Below are positions 41,457-50,873 of a stretch of 64,000 nt of DNA, one piece after another. A model generated the notes under the pieces. It did no database searches. It was not told the DNA's origin and was given only the letters and a program-made list of their open reading frames with translations. Position 1 is the stretch's first letter. Every line of letters begins with the position of its first letter. The DNA is from Microcoleus sp. (GTDB lineage Bacteria; Cyanobacteriota; Cyanobacteriia; Cyanobacteriales; Microcoleaceae), in the NCBI GenBank assembly GCA_042408215.1, contig JAYFMW010000003.1, positions 1-64,000 of the forward strand. The letters run 5' to 3'. The position numbers were made by a program, and so were the translations under genes.

Positions 41457-41562
41457 ACTTTCTACTCAACTAAGCAAAATTCCCTATTTCTTAGTCCGCG
41501 CAGGCGGACTTTGTTTGTGTAGACGCGGTTTCAACCGCCGAGTCATCTGTTAACGTGAGCGA

Positions 41563-42432
41563 ATGAGTATAGTTATGAGCCTAATTTCACACTTTACTGG
41601 AAAAATCAAAGATCAGCCAGTAAAATCTGTGAATCTGTGGCAAATATTAGCAATCTCACTGCTACTAACCGGCATATTGAACGGTTTAGCGCGAGAAACA
41701 CCCGAACATTTGTCAACGACACATCCTATTATCTCCGAACCAATTAACCAGCAAGTTGCCGAAATTGCACATCTTGTCACTGTCAGAATTTTATCTGATT
41801 CTGTGTCCGGTTCCGGCGTAATTATTCAGCATCAAAACCAAACTTATACTGTTTTGACTAACAATCATGTCGTAGCTGATAATAAAGACAAAACTTATCA
41901 AGTATTGACAGCCGACGGACGGATTCATATTGCTAAATGGCTGCGTTCATCTCAGTTTGGTAAAGTAGATTTAGCTTTAATACAGTTTACCACTTCTGAA
42001 ACCTATCGAGTTGCGGAAATCGGAAACTCAAATAAGCTATCGGTGGGAGATGGGGTTTATGCTGCGGGTTTTCCGAATTGGCATTGGATTAATTCAGAGT
42101 CTATAGAGAAGACTCGGAATTGGGGGCTAAAAGCTTTTAAGTTAACGAGTGGGAAAGTGGGAATGTTGCCGGATCAATCCCTTGAGAGTGGATACCAACT
42201 TGGTTACACTAATGATATTGCCGAGGGGATGAGTGGCGGGCCTGTGTTGGATAGTTCTGGTAAGTTGGTGGGGATTAATGGCAAATCGAAATATCCTTTG
42301 GGGGGAATTGATGTGTTTAAGTTGGCGGATGGGAGTTTGCCTACTCAGGCGGTTTTTAGGCAGATGGAAGCTTTGAGTTGGGCGATTCCGATTGATACTT
42401 TTCAGGAGTTGGTGAGTCATCTGAAGGCATAA
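41563..42432 (+). CDS. Trypsin-like (S1) serine protease
   Basis: GSGVII, LTNNHVV (His), DLALIQF (Asp), GMSGGPVL (Ser). Confidence 0.9.
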   Translation: MSIVMSLISHFTGKIKDQPVKSVNLWQILAISLLLTGILNGLARETPEHLSTTHPIISEPINQQVAEIAHLVTVRILSDSVSGSGVIIQHQNQTYTVLTNNHVVADNKDKTYQVLTADGRIHIAKWLRSSQFGKVDLALIQFTTSETYRVAEIGNSNKLSVGDGVYAAGFPNWHWINSESIEKTRNWGLKAFKLTSGKVGMLPDQSLESGYQLGYTNDIAEGMSGGPVLDSSGKLVGINGKSKYPLGGIDVFKLADGSLPTQAVFRQMEALSWAIPIDTFQELVSHLKA

Positions 42433-42449
42433 TTATTCTCAGCTAGTCG

Positions 42450-44099
42450 CTACGGTTCGGATAGTTTTTTCACGTTGTCAACAGCCCGTTGATACCAAAT
42501 ACCTGTATTCCCTTGTTGCTTATACAAATCAGCGGCTTTTTGGTAATCTTCGATTGCACTCTGTTTGTCGTTAATAGCAGATTTGACAGTCCCCCGATTG
42601 TAGTAGGCAATAGCATTGTTAGGATTAAGCCCAATAGCCCGATCGTAATCTGCGATCGCCTCTTCTTTTCTCCCTAGGGCAGATTTGGCTGCACCCCGAT
42701 TGACGTAGGCATTAGCAAAGTTAGAATCAAGCTGAATAGCCAGATCGTAATCTGCGATCGCATCTTCTTTTCTCCCTAGGGCAGATTTGGCTGAACCCCG
42801 ATTGCTGTAGGCATTAGCAAAGTTAGAATCAAGCTGAATAGCCCGATCGTAATCTGCGATCGCATCTTCTTTTCTCCCTAGGGCAGATTTGGCTGCACCC
42901 CGATTGTAGTAGGCATCAGCATAGTTGGGATTAAGCTGAATAGCCCGATCGTAATCTGCGATCGCATCTTGGTTTTTCCCTAGGTTATACTTGGCTGAAC
43001 CCCGATTGTTGTAGGCAACATCATAGTTAGGATCAAGCTGAATAGCCCGATCGTAATCTGCGATCGCATCTTCTTTTCTCCCTAGGGCATATTTGGCTAA
43101 ACCCCGATTGTAGTAGGCAAAAGCAAAGTTAGAATCAAGCTGAATAGCCCGATCGTAATCTGCGATCGCCTCTTGTTTTTTCCCTAGGACAGATTTGGCT
43201 AAACCCCGACCGTAGTAGGCATTAGCAAAGTTAGAATCAAGCTGAATAGCCCGATCGTAATCTGCGATCGCATCTTCTTTTCTCCCTAGGGCAGATTTGG
43301 CTGAACCCCGATTGCTGTAGGCAAAAGCAAAGTTAGAATCAAGCTGAATAGCCCGATCGTAATCTGCGATCGCATCTTCTTTTCTCCCTAGGGCAGATTT
43401 GGCTGAACCTCGATTGTTGTAGGCACCAGCAAAGTTAGAATCAATCTGAATAGCCCGATCGTAATCTGCGATCGCCTCTTGTTTGTTGCCTAGGTTAGAC
43501 TTGGCTAAACCCCGATTGTTGTAGGCAATAGCATAGTTGGGATTAAGCTGAATAGCCCGATCGTAATCTGCGACCGCATCTTGTTTGTTGCCTAGGGCAT
43601 ACTTGGCTAAACCCCGATTGTAGTAGGCAAAAGCAAAGTTAGAATCAAGCTGAATAGCCCGATCGTAATCTGCGATCGCATCTTGGTTTCTCCCTAGGGC
43701 ATATTTGGCTAAACCCCGATTGCTGTAGGCAAAAGCAAAGTTAGAATCAAGCTGAATAGCCCGATCGTAATCTGCGATCGCATCTTCTTTTTTCCCTAGG
43801 TCATATTTGCCTAAACCCCGATTGTTGTAGGCAAAAGCATCGTTGGGATCAAGCTGAATAGCCCGATCGTAATCTGCAATCGCATCTTCTTTTTTCCCTA
43901 GGTCATATTTGGCATAACCCCGATTGACGTAGGCCTCAGCATAGTTGGGATTAAGCTTAATAGCCCGATCGTAATCTGCGATCGCCTCTTGGTTTCTCCC
44001 TAGGGCACATTTGGCATCACCCCGATTGTAGTAGGCATCAGCATCGTTGGGATTAAGTTTAATAGCCCGATCGTAATCTGCGAGCGATTTTGTAGTCAT
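42450..44099 (-). CDS. Tetratricopeptide repeat protein (14 near-identical full TPRs, a half repeat and a capping repeat)
   Basis: 34-aa / 102-bp period, AxAYxNRGxAKxxLGxxxxAIADYDRAIQL. Confidence 0.92.
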   Translation of the reverse strand: MTTKSLADYDRAIKLNPNDADAYYNRGDAKCALGRNQEAIADYDRAIKLNPNYAEAYVNRGYAKYDLGKKEDAIADYDRAIQLDPNDAFAYNNRGLGKYDLGKKEDAIADYDRAIQLDSNFAFAYSNRGLAKYALGRNQDAIADYDRAIQLDSNFAFAYYNRGLAKYALGNKQDAVADYDRAIQLNPNYAIAYNNRGLAKSNLGNKQEAIADYDRAIQIDSNFAGAYNNRGSAKSALGRKEDAIADYDRAIQLDSNFAFAYSNRGSAKSALGRKEDAIADYDRAIQLDSNFANAYYGRGLAKSVLGKKQEAIADYDRAIQLDSNFAFAYYNRGLAKYALGRKEDAIADYDRAIQLDPNYDVAYNNRGSAKYNLGKNQDAIADYDRAIQLNPNYADAYYNRGAAKSALGRKEDAIADYDRAIQLDSNFANAYSNRGSAKSALGRKEDAIADYDLAIQLDSNFANAYVNRGAAKSALGRKEEAIADYDRAIGLNPNNAIAYYNRGTVKSAINDKQSAIEDYQKAADLYKQQGNTGIWYQRAVDNVKKLSEP

Positions 44100-44211
44100 T
44101 GCCTTATTCCAGTTATTGAATTTTAATGAAGCTGCTTCCCCGACGGTTCAGAGAAGTACGCCGAATCCGATCGGAGTGTGTGATAATTATAAAAAATATT
44201 ATATCAAAAAA

Positions 44212-45246
44212 ATGATTACAGGGAAAACTATTGGCGGACATTACCACATAATCAGGTTATTGGGTAAAGGTGGATTTGGTGAAACCTACTTAGCACATGA
44301 CGAACATCTACCCGACAAGCCCCCGCGTGTAGTCAAGAGATTCAAGCCCCAGTCCAATGATCCCTTCTTGCTGCAAGAAGCCAAACGCCTGTTTGACAGC
44401 GAGCCTCAACACCTGTACAAGTTAGGTAGCCACGATCGCATTCCGCAGCTATTCGCCCACTTCGAGGAAAATCAAGAATATTATCTCGTCCAAGAGTTAA
44501 TTGCGGGACATGATTTGAGTCACGAATTCAACCCCTCTCAACAAACGGGAGCGAAGGGAGTTCAGTTCAATGAAAGTCAAGTCATTGAATTATTGTATGA
44601 TATTTTAGATGTATTGAAATCAGTTCATCAACAAAATATCATCCACCGAGATATCAAGCCCTCTAATCTAATGCGGCGCGATTCCGATGGTAGGATTGTC
44701 TTGATTGACTTTGGGGCTGTCAAACAAATCGGTAGCCAACTCAAATATTCTCAAGGCCAACCGCAGACAGTTCCGATCGGCACTCCGGGATATACGCCCA
44801 GCGAACAAGAAAAGGGGCATCCCAAGTTGTGCAGTGATGTCTATGCAGTCGGAATGACTGCTATCCAAGCACTGACGGGGGTATTTCCTCACGAGTTGCC
44901 AAAAGATCCCAATACCCTAGAAGTTATGTGGAGGGATCGAGTATCAGTCAGCCCAAAATTCGCAGCTATTTTAGATATAATGGTGCGATACCAATGGCAA
45001 CAGCGCTACCAGTCAGCCGATGAAGCTTTAAGTGCGATTCAGCATCTAGTAAAATCGTCAACAGCACCGACAATTGTTTCCCTTCCTCCACCTTGGCATT
45101 GGCTCAATTCACCAGCCATCAAAAAATTGTTAATCGGTTTAGTTTGCTTAGGAATTGTGGCTGTTGGTGGGATTTTTATTACTCAATTTATGAGGACACA
45201 ACCAGGCTGGCAGCCAACTTCTGCCCCAAATAAACCGGTACTTTAA
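44212..45246 (+). CDS. Hanks-type Ser/Thr protein kinase with C-terminal TM helix
   Basis: LGKGGFGETY, VVK, HRDIKPSN, IDFG, GTPGY, SDVYAVG. Confidence 0.95.
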   Translation: MITGKTIGGHYHIIRLLGKGGFGETYLAHDEHLPDKPPRVVKRFKPQSNDPFLLQEAKRLFDSEPQHLYKLGSHDRIPQLFAHFEENQEYYLVQELIAGHDLSHEFNPSQQTGAKGVQFNESQVIELLYDILDVLKSVHQQNIIHRDIKPSNLMRRDSDGRIVLIDFGAVKQIGSQLKYSQGQPQTVPIGTPGYTPSEQEKGHPKLCSDVYAVGMTAIQALTGVFPHELPKDPNTLEVMWRDRVSVSPKFAAILDIMVRYQWQQRYQSADEALSAIQHLVKSSTAPTIVSLPPPWHWLNSPAIKKLLIGLVCLGIVAVGGIFITQFMRTQPGWQPTSAPNKPVL

Positions 45247-45278
45247 ACTAGCTCAAAAACATCTCGTGTAAAAAAAAT

Positions 45279-45458
45279 ATGACTGGACAAAAATTTGACC
45301 GAATTCTGTTGATTGCCGGGTTTTTAATCGCATTAATTGCGGCGATTCCCCAAGTTTATAACTTTGAAAAACCAGGATTTTTCTGGCAAACAGATGTATC
45401 AAGTCGCCAGATTCAGCAACAGCCAAATATTCAATCCAACCCGAATGCTGGTTTATAG
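45279..45458 (+). CDS. Small single-pass membrane protein (59 aa; below the ORF-track cut-off)
   Basis: MTGQKFDRILLIAGFLIALIAAIPQVYNFEKPGFFWQTDVSSRQIQQQPNIQSNPNAGL*, 32 bp after the kinase stop. Confidence 0.5.
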   Translation: MTGQKFDRILLIAGFLIALIAAIPQVYNFEKPGFFWQTDVSSRQIQQQPNIQSNPNAGL

Positions 45459-45473
45459 GATAGCAGTTTTAGA

Positions 45474-45645
45474 GAATTCAGAAAGGCGAGCCCATAATTC
45501 ATCAAAAGGGCGATCGCCTTCCATCGTAGGGACACGGCATTGCCGTCTCCTACCGGGGGCTCAAAGGACACGGCAATGCCGTGTCCCTACCGGGCAATTA
45601 AGAAGGGCGATCGCCCTTCCTTTTTGAAGAGCGATCGCCCTTTTT
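45474..45645. repeat. HIP1-pair hairpin spacer plus GTAGGGACACGGCA REP-like palindromes
   Basis: HIP1 at 45510, 45607 and 45631; REP-like hairpins 45527-45590. Confidence 0.75.
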
Positions 45646-45718
45646 AAACTATCCGAATTGCATCAACTCAGAAGTCATGCTATAATTTGCTTATACATTA
45701 ATTTCACGCTCGATACCC

Positions 45719-46018
45719 TTGGATTATAACTTTGATTGGAATATAGCCAAAGAAAAGCAAAATATTCGCAAGCATCAATTAAATTTTCGTTTGGCTTCAA
45801 CTATTTGACGCGATCCTTATCAATTAACAATCTATGATGAAGAACACAGTCAAGATGAAGATAGATGGATTACCATAGGTTTAGATGAAACAGGCATTGT
45901 CAGGCTGGTTGTCCATACTTTTGAACAAACTGATAGCTCCTCCTGCATCATTCGGATTATTTCCGCTCGGCAAGCTACTTTCACTGAAACACAATATTAT
46001 CAAGAGAGAAAATTATGA
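45719..46018 (+). pseudogene. BrnT family toxin with internal stop codon
   Basis: FDWNIAKEKQNIRKHQLNF..TI*RDP..HSQDEDRWITIG..VVHTF..RIISARQA; in-frame TGA at 45806-45808. Confidence 0.85.
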
Positions 46019-46215
46019 AATCAGAGTATGATTTTTCTGCGTCAGAACAAGGCAAGTTTTACCATCCTGATGCTACGTTTCATTATCCGATTTATCTCGA
46101 AGCTGATGTCGAGCAGTTTGTGACTAAAATTGCTGAACATAAAAATATTGACGTTCAAGTTTTGGTCAATGAATGGCTGAGGAATAACATTAAATTAATT
46201 CAAAGTATTGAGTAG
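46015..46215 (+). CDS. BrnA-like antitoxin
   Basis: MKSEYDFS..GKFY..PIYLE..VLVNEWLR; ATGA overlap with brnT. Confidence 0.75.
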   Translation: MKSEYDFSASEQGKFYHPDATFHYPIYLEADVEQFVTKIAEHKNIDVQVLVNEWLRNNIKLIQSIE

Positions 46216-46261
46216 GTTAGAAACCCGGTTGCTTTGAGAAACTATGAACTTTCAATAAATA

Positions 46262-46420
46262 AAGAGCGATCGCCCTTTCTCACCCAGATTCAGAAAGGCG
46301 ATCGCCCATAATTCATCCAACGAGCGATCGCCCTTCTGACATCCGCGTTAATCAGCGTCCATCTGCGGTCAAAAAAGAGCGATCGCCCTTTCTAATAATT
46401 CAAAAGGGCGATCGCCCTTA
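46262..46420. repeat. Cluster of HIP1-pair hairpin spacers
   Basis: HIP1 at 46266, 46298, 46324, 46379 and 46408; consensus GCGATCGCCCTTTCT-loop-AGAAAGGCGATCGC. Confidence 0.85.
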
Positions 46421-46500
46421 TTTTGCATTCAACTAACAAAAAATTGTCATTTCAGCCAATAATTGCTAAAATGATCGCAAAATACTATTCTGATTAGCCA

Positions 46501-46722
46501 ATGAGCAACATCTCTATCAGCTTGCCAGATGAATTACTCACATACGTCAATCAAAAAGCGCCCAACCCCAGTGCTTTGATAGAAGCTCTCTTAAAACAAT
46601 GGCGAAAACAACAAGAAAACCAAGCTTTAGCAGAAGCTTGCAAGCTAATTGACGAATTAGATTTAGGATGGGATGAGGAATGGCAAGCTCAAGCGATTAC
46701 CGACTGGGAAGTATCTGGATAG
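46501..46722 (+). CDS. Ribbon-helix-helix antitoxin (MazE-like)
   Basis: ISISLPDELL..PSALIEALL; overlaps the downstream MazF gene. Confidence 0.75.
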   Translation: MSNISISLPDELLTYVNQKAPNPSALIEALLKQWRKQQENQALAEACKLIDELDLGWDEEWQAQAITDWEVSG

Positions 46723-47042
46723 CTAGATTCGATCCGTCAGTAGGAACAGAAATACGCAAAACGCGGCCTGCCTTAGTCATTTCTGGTACGCTGTTCAACG
46801 AGCGACGCAGCAAAGTGACTGTTTTGCCATTTACCTCCGCTCGTCCTCACGATCCTCGGATTTCTGCTGCTGCGATCTTAATACCTGCATCCCCACAAAA
46901 TGGTTTAGATGCAGATAGTTTGCTAGTCTGTGTCGATCCCATGACTTTCGATAAAACGAGATTAGTGCAACAACTCGGTCAATTGGAATCGGAGCTATTT
47001 TCCCAATCTCAAGAGATTTTGCAGCGCTATCTGGAATTATAG
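46680..47042 (+). CDS. PemK/MazF family toxin
   Basis: GSIWIARFDPSVGTEIRKTRPALVIS, VLPFTS. Confidence 0.9.
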   Translation: MASSSDYRLGSIWIARFDPSVGTEIRKTRPALVISGTLFNERRSKVTVLPFTSARPHDPRISAAAILIPASPQNGLDADSLLVCVDPMTFDKTRLVQQLGQLESELFSQSQEILQRYLEL

Positions 47043-47078
47043 CGATCGCCCTTTCTAATAATTCAGAAAGGCGATCGC
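47042..47078. repeat. HIP1-pair hairpin spacer
   Basis: GCGATCGCCCTTTCTAATAATTCAGAAAGGCGATCGC. Confidence 0.85.
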
Positions 47079-47132
47079 TCTTCATTCATCAATCTATAAT
47101 TTATGATTAGACAAGAGCGATATGCGATAAAT

Positions 47133-47525
47133 TCAATACCAGTCCGCGATCGCCAGTCCTGAAACTCTCGAAAACTCCTTGACATTGTGAGTAACAAGAG
47201 TTGCTTGAAGTGAAGCGGCTGTCCCTGCAATCAAAACATCGATCGGGCCGATAGGAGTACCTTTTTGCTCCAATTGAGCGCGGATTGTGGCAGCAGCAAC
47301 AGCACAATCGCGATCGAAAGGAACAACATTAACTCGGCTTAAAAGTTGCTGAAGTTGTTGGATACGTTTTGCAGGCGAAGTAGATTTAGCAATACCCACT
47401 TGCAATTCAAACAGGACGAGTGTAGAAATTCCAATTTCTTGAGGAGATACATTGGCAATGTTTTGGACAACTTGTCCTTGTCCTTTAAAATAGTAGATTA
47501 ATGTATTTGTATCCAAAATGTACAT
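47133..47525 (-). CDS. vapC: VapC PIN-domain toxin
   Basis: YILDTN, LFEL, PIGPIDVLIAGTA, LVTHNVKEFSRV. Confidence 0.92.
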   Translation of the reverse strand: MYILDTNTLIYYFKGQGQVVQNIANVSPQEIGISTLVLFELQVGIAKSTSPAKRIQQLQQLLSRVNVVPFDRDCAVAAATIRAQLEQKGTPIGPIDVLIAGTAASLQATLVTHNVKEFSRVSGLAIADWY

Positions 47526-47777
47526 CTAGAAGCTCTCTCGCAAAATGTCTTCCCCCGACTCAGCACGAATCTCTTCCAGAGTCGGAAAGTCTTCTGCCCA
47601 CGCTCCAGCTAGGGAATAAACCAGTTCCGTCCAAGGAGTTGCAGAATCTACTGTATCGGTGGATTGGTTTGCATTTAGGTACTTGGCACGAATCAACTCA
47701 GCGAAAGTCAGAATTTCGCTAGCTTGGTTTTGGGGAAGGGTTTTGACGATCGCGTATATTTGTTCAATAACAGTCAT
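47526..47777 (-). CDS. DUF2281-like antitoxin
   Basis: TLPQNQASEILTFAELI, LAGAW; abuts vapC. Confidence 0.75.
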   Translation of the reverse strand: MTVIEQIYAIVKTLPQNQASEILTFAELIRAKYLNANQSTDTVDSATPWTELVYSLAGAWAEDFPTLEEIRAESGEDILRESF

Positions 47778-47908
47778 AATCGGATTATAGATTAAGAGCA
47801 GTTTAGCTTATTTTAGCAATTATAATCGGTTTAGTTCCAAAGGCGTTAGGAGAAATTATATCGCTTCTACTTGTAGGATGGAATAACCGCTTGCATCTGG
47901 CAATTTCC

Positions 47909-48278
47909 ATGACCAACCCCATCCAGCAAGAAGCCCGCCAAATTCAAGGGCACTCTCGCCTTTACCCCCTTCGATCGGTGCCATCCCCTCAGCCGCGACT
48001 TCGACACAATTCCTGCTAGAGTAGGTTTGTACGCCTTTCGACATCGCACTGAAGGATTGCTCTACATCGGCAAAGCCAAGAACCTCCGCGATCGACTCCG
48101 AGGTGGTCACAAAGCCTTTCTCTGGGGCTGGCTCGATCGCTACGATCCTGATGATGTGAGGATCGCCTTCGTTACCCTCAACCAATGGCAAAAACCAGGG
48201 TTATTATATGAATTAGAAACCCTGATCCTTCAAGCTACAAATCCTCCCTACAACGTTAAAATTCCCAGAGAACAATGA
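47909..48278 (+). pseudogene. GIY-YIG nuclease, apparently frameshifted near 47950
   Basis: RVGLYAF..LLYIGKAKNLRDRL..H..ELE..NPPYN. The ATG at 47909 is out of frame with the conserved body, and a start at 48027 would cut the GIY motif. Confidence 0.65.
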
Positions 48279-48520
48279 ATCATACCCTCAACATCCAACA
48301 CTTGCCACCATCCGCTATTCATTCGCTGATGACCCATTTGCCGGACTATGTGAAAGTCGCCCTGATGGAAAAAGCTACGCAACTAGAATGCTCTCTCGAA
48401 GCTGCGATCGAAATGGCGATAGCTAGTTTTCTCGACTCAGAAGCTTTCAGCTTTGAAGATTGCCTATTATCGCAACGTCTTCAGGAATCAGAACTGGTAG
48501 AATCTTCGCAAAGGAAATAG
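48275..48520 (+). CDS. Small RHH/CopG-like protein coupled to the GIY-YIG gene
   Basis: ATGA overlap; LPDYVKVALMEKA..SLEAAIEMAIASFLD. Confidence 0.65.
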   Translation: MNHTLNIQHLPPSAIHSLMTHLPDYVKVALMEKATQLECSLEAAIEMAIASFLDSEAFSFEDCLLSQRLQESELVESSQRK

Positions 48521-48554
48521 GGTGCGAGATCCCTTTTGGAACTATTCGCAAAGG

Positions 48555-48589
48555 GCGATCGCCCGTTTTATAATCAAAATGGCGATCGC
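48555..48589. repeat. HIP1-pair hairpin spacer (variant)
   Basis: GCGATCGCCCGTTTTATAATCAAAATGGCGATCGC. Confidence 0.8.
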
Positions 48590-48631
48590 CTCGTAACCTA
48601 TTGATTATTGCTTCTTTAAAAGGCTTGAAAA

Positions 48632-48994
48632 TTACAAAGCAAACACGATTCTGAGAGCTAGATCGATTTTTACGATCACCTCTGGTTCAAGTTCACCTCG
48701 GATATCTACCCCACGAGAACCATAATCAATAGGGCGGGTTTGCAAACAATCAGCAATAGATTTTTTTGTTAACCCATTTCTTTCAGACGGTTCAATCTCC
48801 ACATTACTTTTAATCTTGGCTTTTTTTTCACTCCAAGCAGTAATTGGAACAACCTGGATTACAGGAACTCGCTCATTATAAGTATTGTTTGTCACAACAA
48901 CACAAGGTCTAATTTTCCCAGTTTCAGAACCCTTAGTTGGATCGAGATTAACTTCAATAATTAAACCACGTTTCAATTTTATAACTTCGGCCAT
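48632..48994 (-). CDS. PemK/MazF family toxin
   Basis: KRGLIIEVNLDPTKGSETGKIRPCVVV, VVPIT, NGLTKKSIADCLQ. Confidence 0.92.
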   Translation of the reverse strand: MAEVIKLKRGLIIEVNLDPTKGSETGKIRPCVVVTNNTYNERVPVIQVVPITAWSEKKAKIKSNVEIEPSERNGLTKKSIADCLQTRPIDYGSRGVDIRGELEPEVIVKIDLALRIVFAL

Positions 48995-49218
48995 TCTTCT
49001 AAACCTAACTCCGTCAATTCTTGCAAGTCTGTATCTTCCTTATAGATTTCTGCATAGAGAGCCGCAGATTCTTCCAATCGCTCCGCTTCTAATGCTAATT
49101 CCAGGCGTTTAATTGCGATTCTTACTACTTCATTCGCGTCTTTAAATCCATAGTTTTGACAACTTTGGAGAAATTCGATCTGAGATTCATCCAGTTCAAA
49201 TGTTTGCTCTTTCATCAT
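48979..49218 (-). CDS. CopG-like antitoxin
   Basis: YGFKDANEVVRIAI..LEESAALYAEIY; overlaps the mazF start. Confidence 0.7.
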   Translation of the reverse strand: MMKEQTFELDESQIEFLQSCQNYGFKDANEVVRIAIKRLELALEAERLEESAALYAEIYKEDTDLQELTELGLEEWPKL

Positions 49219-49312
49219 AGTAAAAATTCTGGCAAGCTTTGGTATATTACTCTTGAAAACTAGGATTAAATAAACTGCCACTTTAATGATAACATACATT
49301 TCCAAAAATTTC

Positions 49313-49345
49313 TATGACCAGCGGACGTTTTTGGATCGAGGTCAT
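49313..49345 (-). pseudogene. N-terminal stub of a ParE/RelE toxin
   Basis: ATGA overlap with parD; MTSIQKRPLVI resembles ParE N-termini, then similarity is lost. Confidence 0.45.
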
Positions 49346-49614
49346 TTTTCTTCCTGCAACCCCTGCTTCTGGGAAATACGCGATCGCACAGCTTGACGAA
49401 TCTCCATCCAATCCTCCTCAGTCATCGCCGTAGGATTTCCCGATTCCAAACCTTCTAATAACATCGCTTCCAAACGTTCTGAAGCTTTGCGTTTTTGGTC
49501 TTGGCGAATTAACTCGCGGAAATACTCGCTAGCTGTACTATAACCACCTTGAGCTACCTGTGCTTCTATATAAGTTCGCATTGAGTCAGGTAGAGAAATA
49601 TTCATGCTTGTCAC
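49342..49614 (-). CDS. ParD-like ribbon-helix-helix antitoxin
   Basis: MNISLPDSM..GGYSTASEYFRELIR..LLEGLESG. Confidence 0.88.
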   Translation of the reverse strand: MTSMNISLPDSMRTYIEAQVAQGGYSTASEYFRELIRQDQKRKASERLEAMLLEGLESGNPTAMTEEDWMEIRQAVRSRISQKQGLQEEK

Positions 49615-49714
49615 GGGTATTACTTACCTCATTTAACTCGTTATCTTATTATGGCATATTTTGCCATTTTTTGTCAAGTCTCACAACCAGTAATTTTTTA
49701 AGAGAATGGGAAAC

Positions 49715-49751
49715 GCGATCGCCCTTTCTAATAATTCAGAAGGGCGATCGA
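49715..49751. repeat. HIP1-pair hairpin spacer
   Basis: GCGATCGCCCTTTCTAATAATTCAGAAGGGCGATCG. Confidence 0.85.
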
Positions 49752-49831
49752 TCTGGCTAAATTTATGATATAATTACCCATCAGTTACACCTAGATTTGC
49801 CCACTTCTTTTGATATAAAGGAGTAAAGCCC

Positions 49832-50113
49832 GTGAAAATAGAAGAATTATTGCAAACAAAAGGAATTATTCACCGCGATCCAGAAATTATGAGCGGTTTC
49901 CCCATATTTGTCGATACCCGCGTCCCCTTAAAGACTTTGTTCGATTACCTGGAAGGTGAAAGCGGTTTCGCAGAATTTGTTAATGATTTTCCTTACCTAG
50001 AAAGTCAGGTAATTAAAGTGCTAGAAAATCTCACTAAATCGCTCCAACCAATATTCATTCACCACCACCGAAAACCCAACTTTCCTGAACTATGTCATCA
50101 GGTAACATCCTAA
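49832..50113 (+). CDS. DUF433 family protein (orphan antitoxin-like; C-terminus probably chimeric)
   Basis: IHRDPEIMSGFPIFVDTRVP..LFDYLEG..DFPYL. Confidence 0.75.
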   Translation: MKIEELLQTKGIIHRDPEIMSGFPIFVDTRVPLKTLFDYLEGESGFAEFVNDFPYLESQVIKVLENLTKSLQPIFIHHHRKPNFPELCHQVTS

Positions 50114-50412
50114 CTGTCACAGATGTTCTCAATTTCCTTGTCAGTGGAATCGATAAAACTACCCTCGAAACAGAACTTACTACTTCCGGTTGGATATCCA
50201 CTCCAGCTAGAGGAGGCTCAAAAAGCGGTGCGGGTACAATTTGGACAAGCCCAAACACTCAATACAGTGTCAGAATTATGACTCAACCTGATGGTTCATC
50301 CTATGCTCGTGTTTACAATGGCCCAGGAGGAGGTGCACCCGCAGAACAACCCCTAAACGCATCAGGAAAACCCGGAAGTCGTGGAGACACCCACTTTATT
50401 CTGCTCCCTTAA
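50092..50412 (+). CDS. Hypothetical protein resembling a stand-alone polymorphic-toxin tip
   Basis: Gly-rich; VRIM..YARVY..QPLNASGKPGSRGDTHF ending; followed by an immunity-like gene. Confidence 0.5.
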   Translation: MSSGNILTVTDVLNFLVSGIDKTTLETELTTSGWISTPARGGSKSGAGTIWTSPNTQYSVRIMTQPDGSSYARVYNGPGGGAPAEQPLNASGKPGSRGDTHFILLP

Positions 50413-50432
50413 ACCTATTTATTCGTCAGATT

Positions 50433-50858
50433 ATGAACTTTGAAGAAATTTGGCAACAATACGATTTTACCGAATCAGAATTGCTATCAATGGGGTGGCA
50501 ATTTCCCTATGATTATGTCCTCAATCTCAACTACTATTGGCAACTAACTCCAACTAATTCTACTTCTCAAGTTGCTACCACAGACCAATTTTTAAACATT
50601 ATCCTCAAAACCTGCATTCGACTGGATGTACAACTCAACCCAAATCCCGATGAGTTAAATCGAAAGCCTACAAACCTCGGCACAATCGTCGGCTGGGAGC
50701 AAGTTACTTCCTCTCCTTGGTTAGAAAATCTATCCCTTTCTCCTAATGAGTGGCTGCATCTGTTATTTGAAATTGGTGGAAACAACAAAATAGAAGCTGT
50801 TTGTCGCTCGATCGCGATCGAACAATTAGTCACACAACCCTTAGCACTCAGTTCATAA
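50433..50858 (+). CDS. Putative immunity protein (Imm50-like)
   Basis: YDFTESELLSM start and IEAVCRSIAIE end; beta-rich and acidic. Confidence 0.45.
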   Translation: MNFEEIWQQYDFTESELLSMGWQFPYDYVLNLNYYWQLTPTNSTSQVATTDQFLNIILKTCIRLDVQLNPNPDELNRKPTNLGTIVGWEQVTSSPWLENLSLSPNEWLHLLFEIGGNNKIEAVCRSIAIEQLVTQPLALSS

Positions 50859-50873
50859 AAAGATATAAATACT

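Noticed and set aside
42450..44099. Diversity-generating retroelement target
   Set aside because: No reverse transcriptase and no template/variable repeat pair; variation is not adenine-specific.
45806..45808. Selenocysteine or programmed readthrough of the TGA in brnT
   Set aside because: The position corresponds to a hydrophobic residue rather than Cys and no SECIS-like hairpin is evident; a nonsense mutation is simpler.
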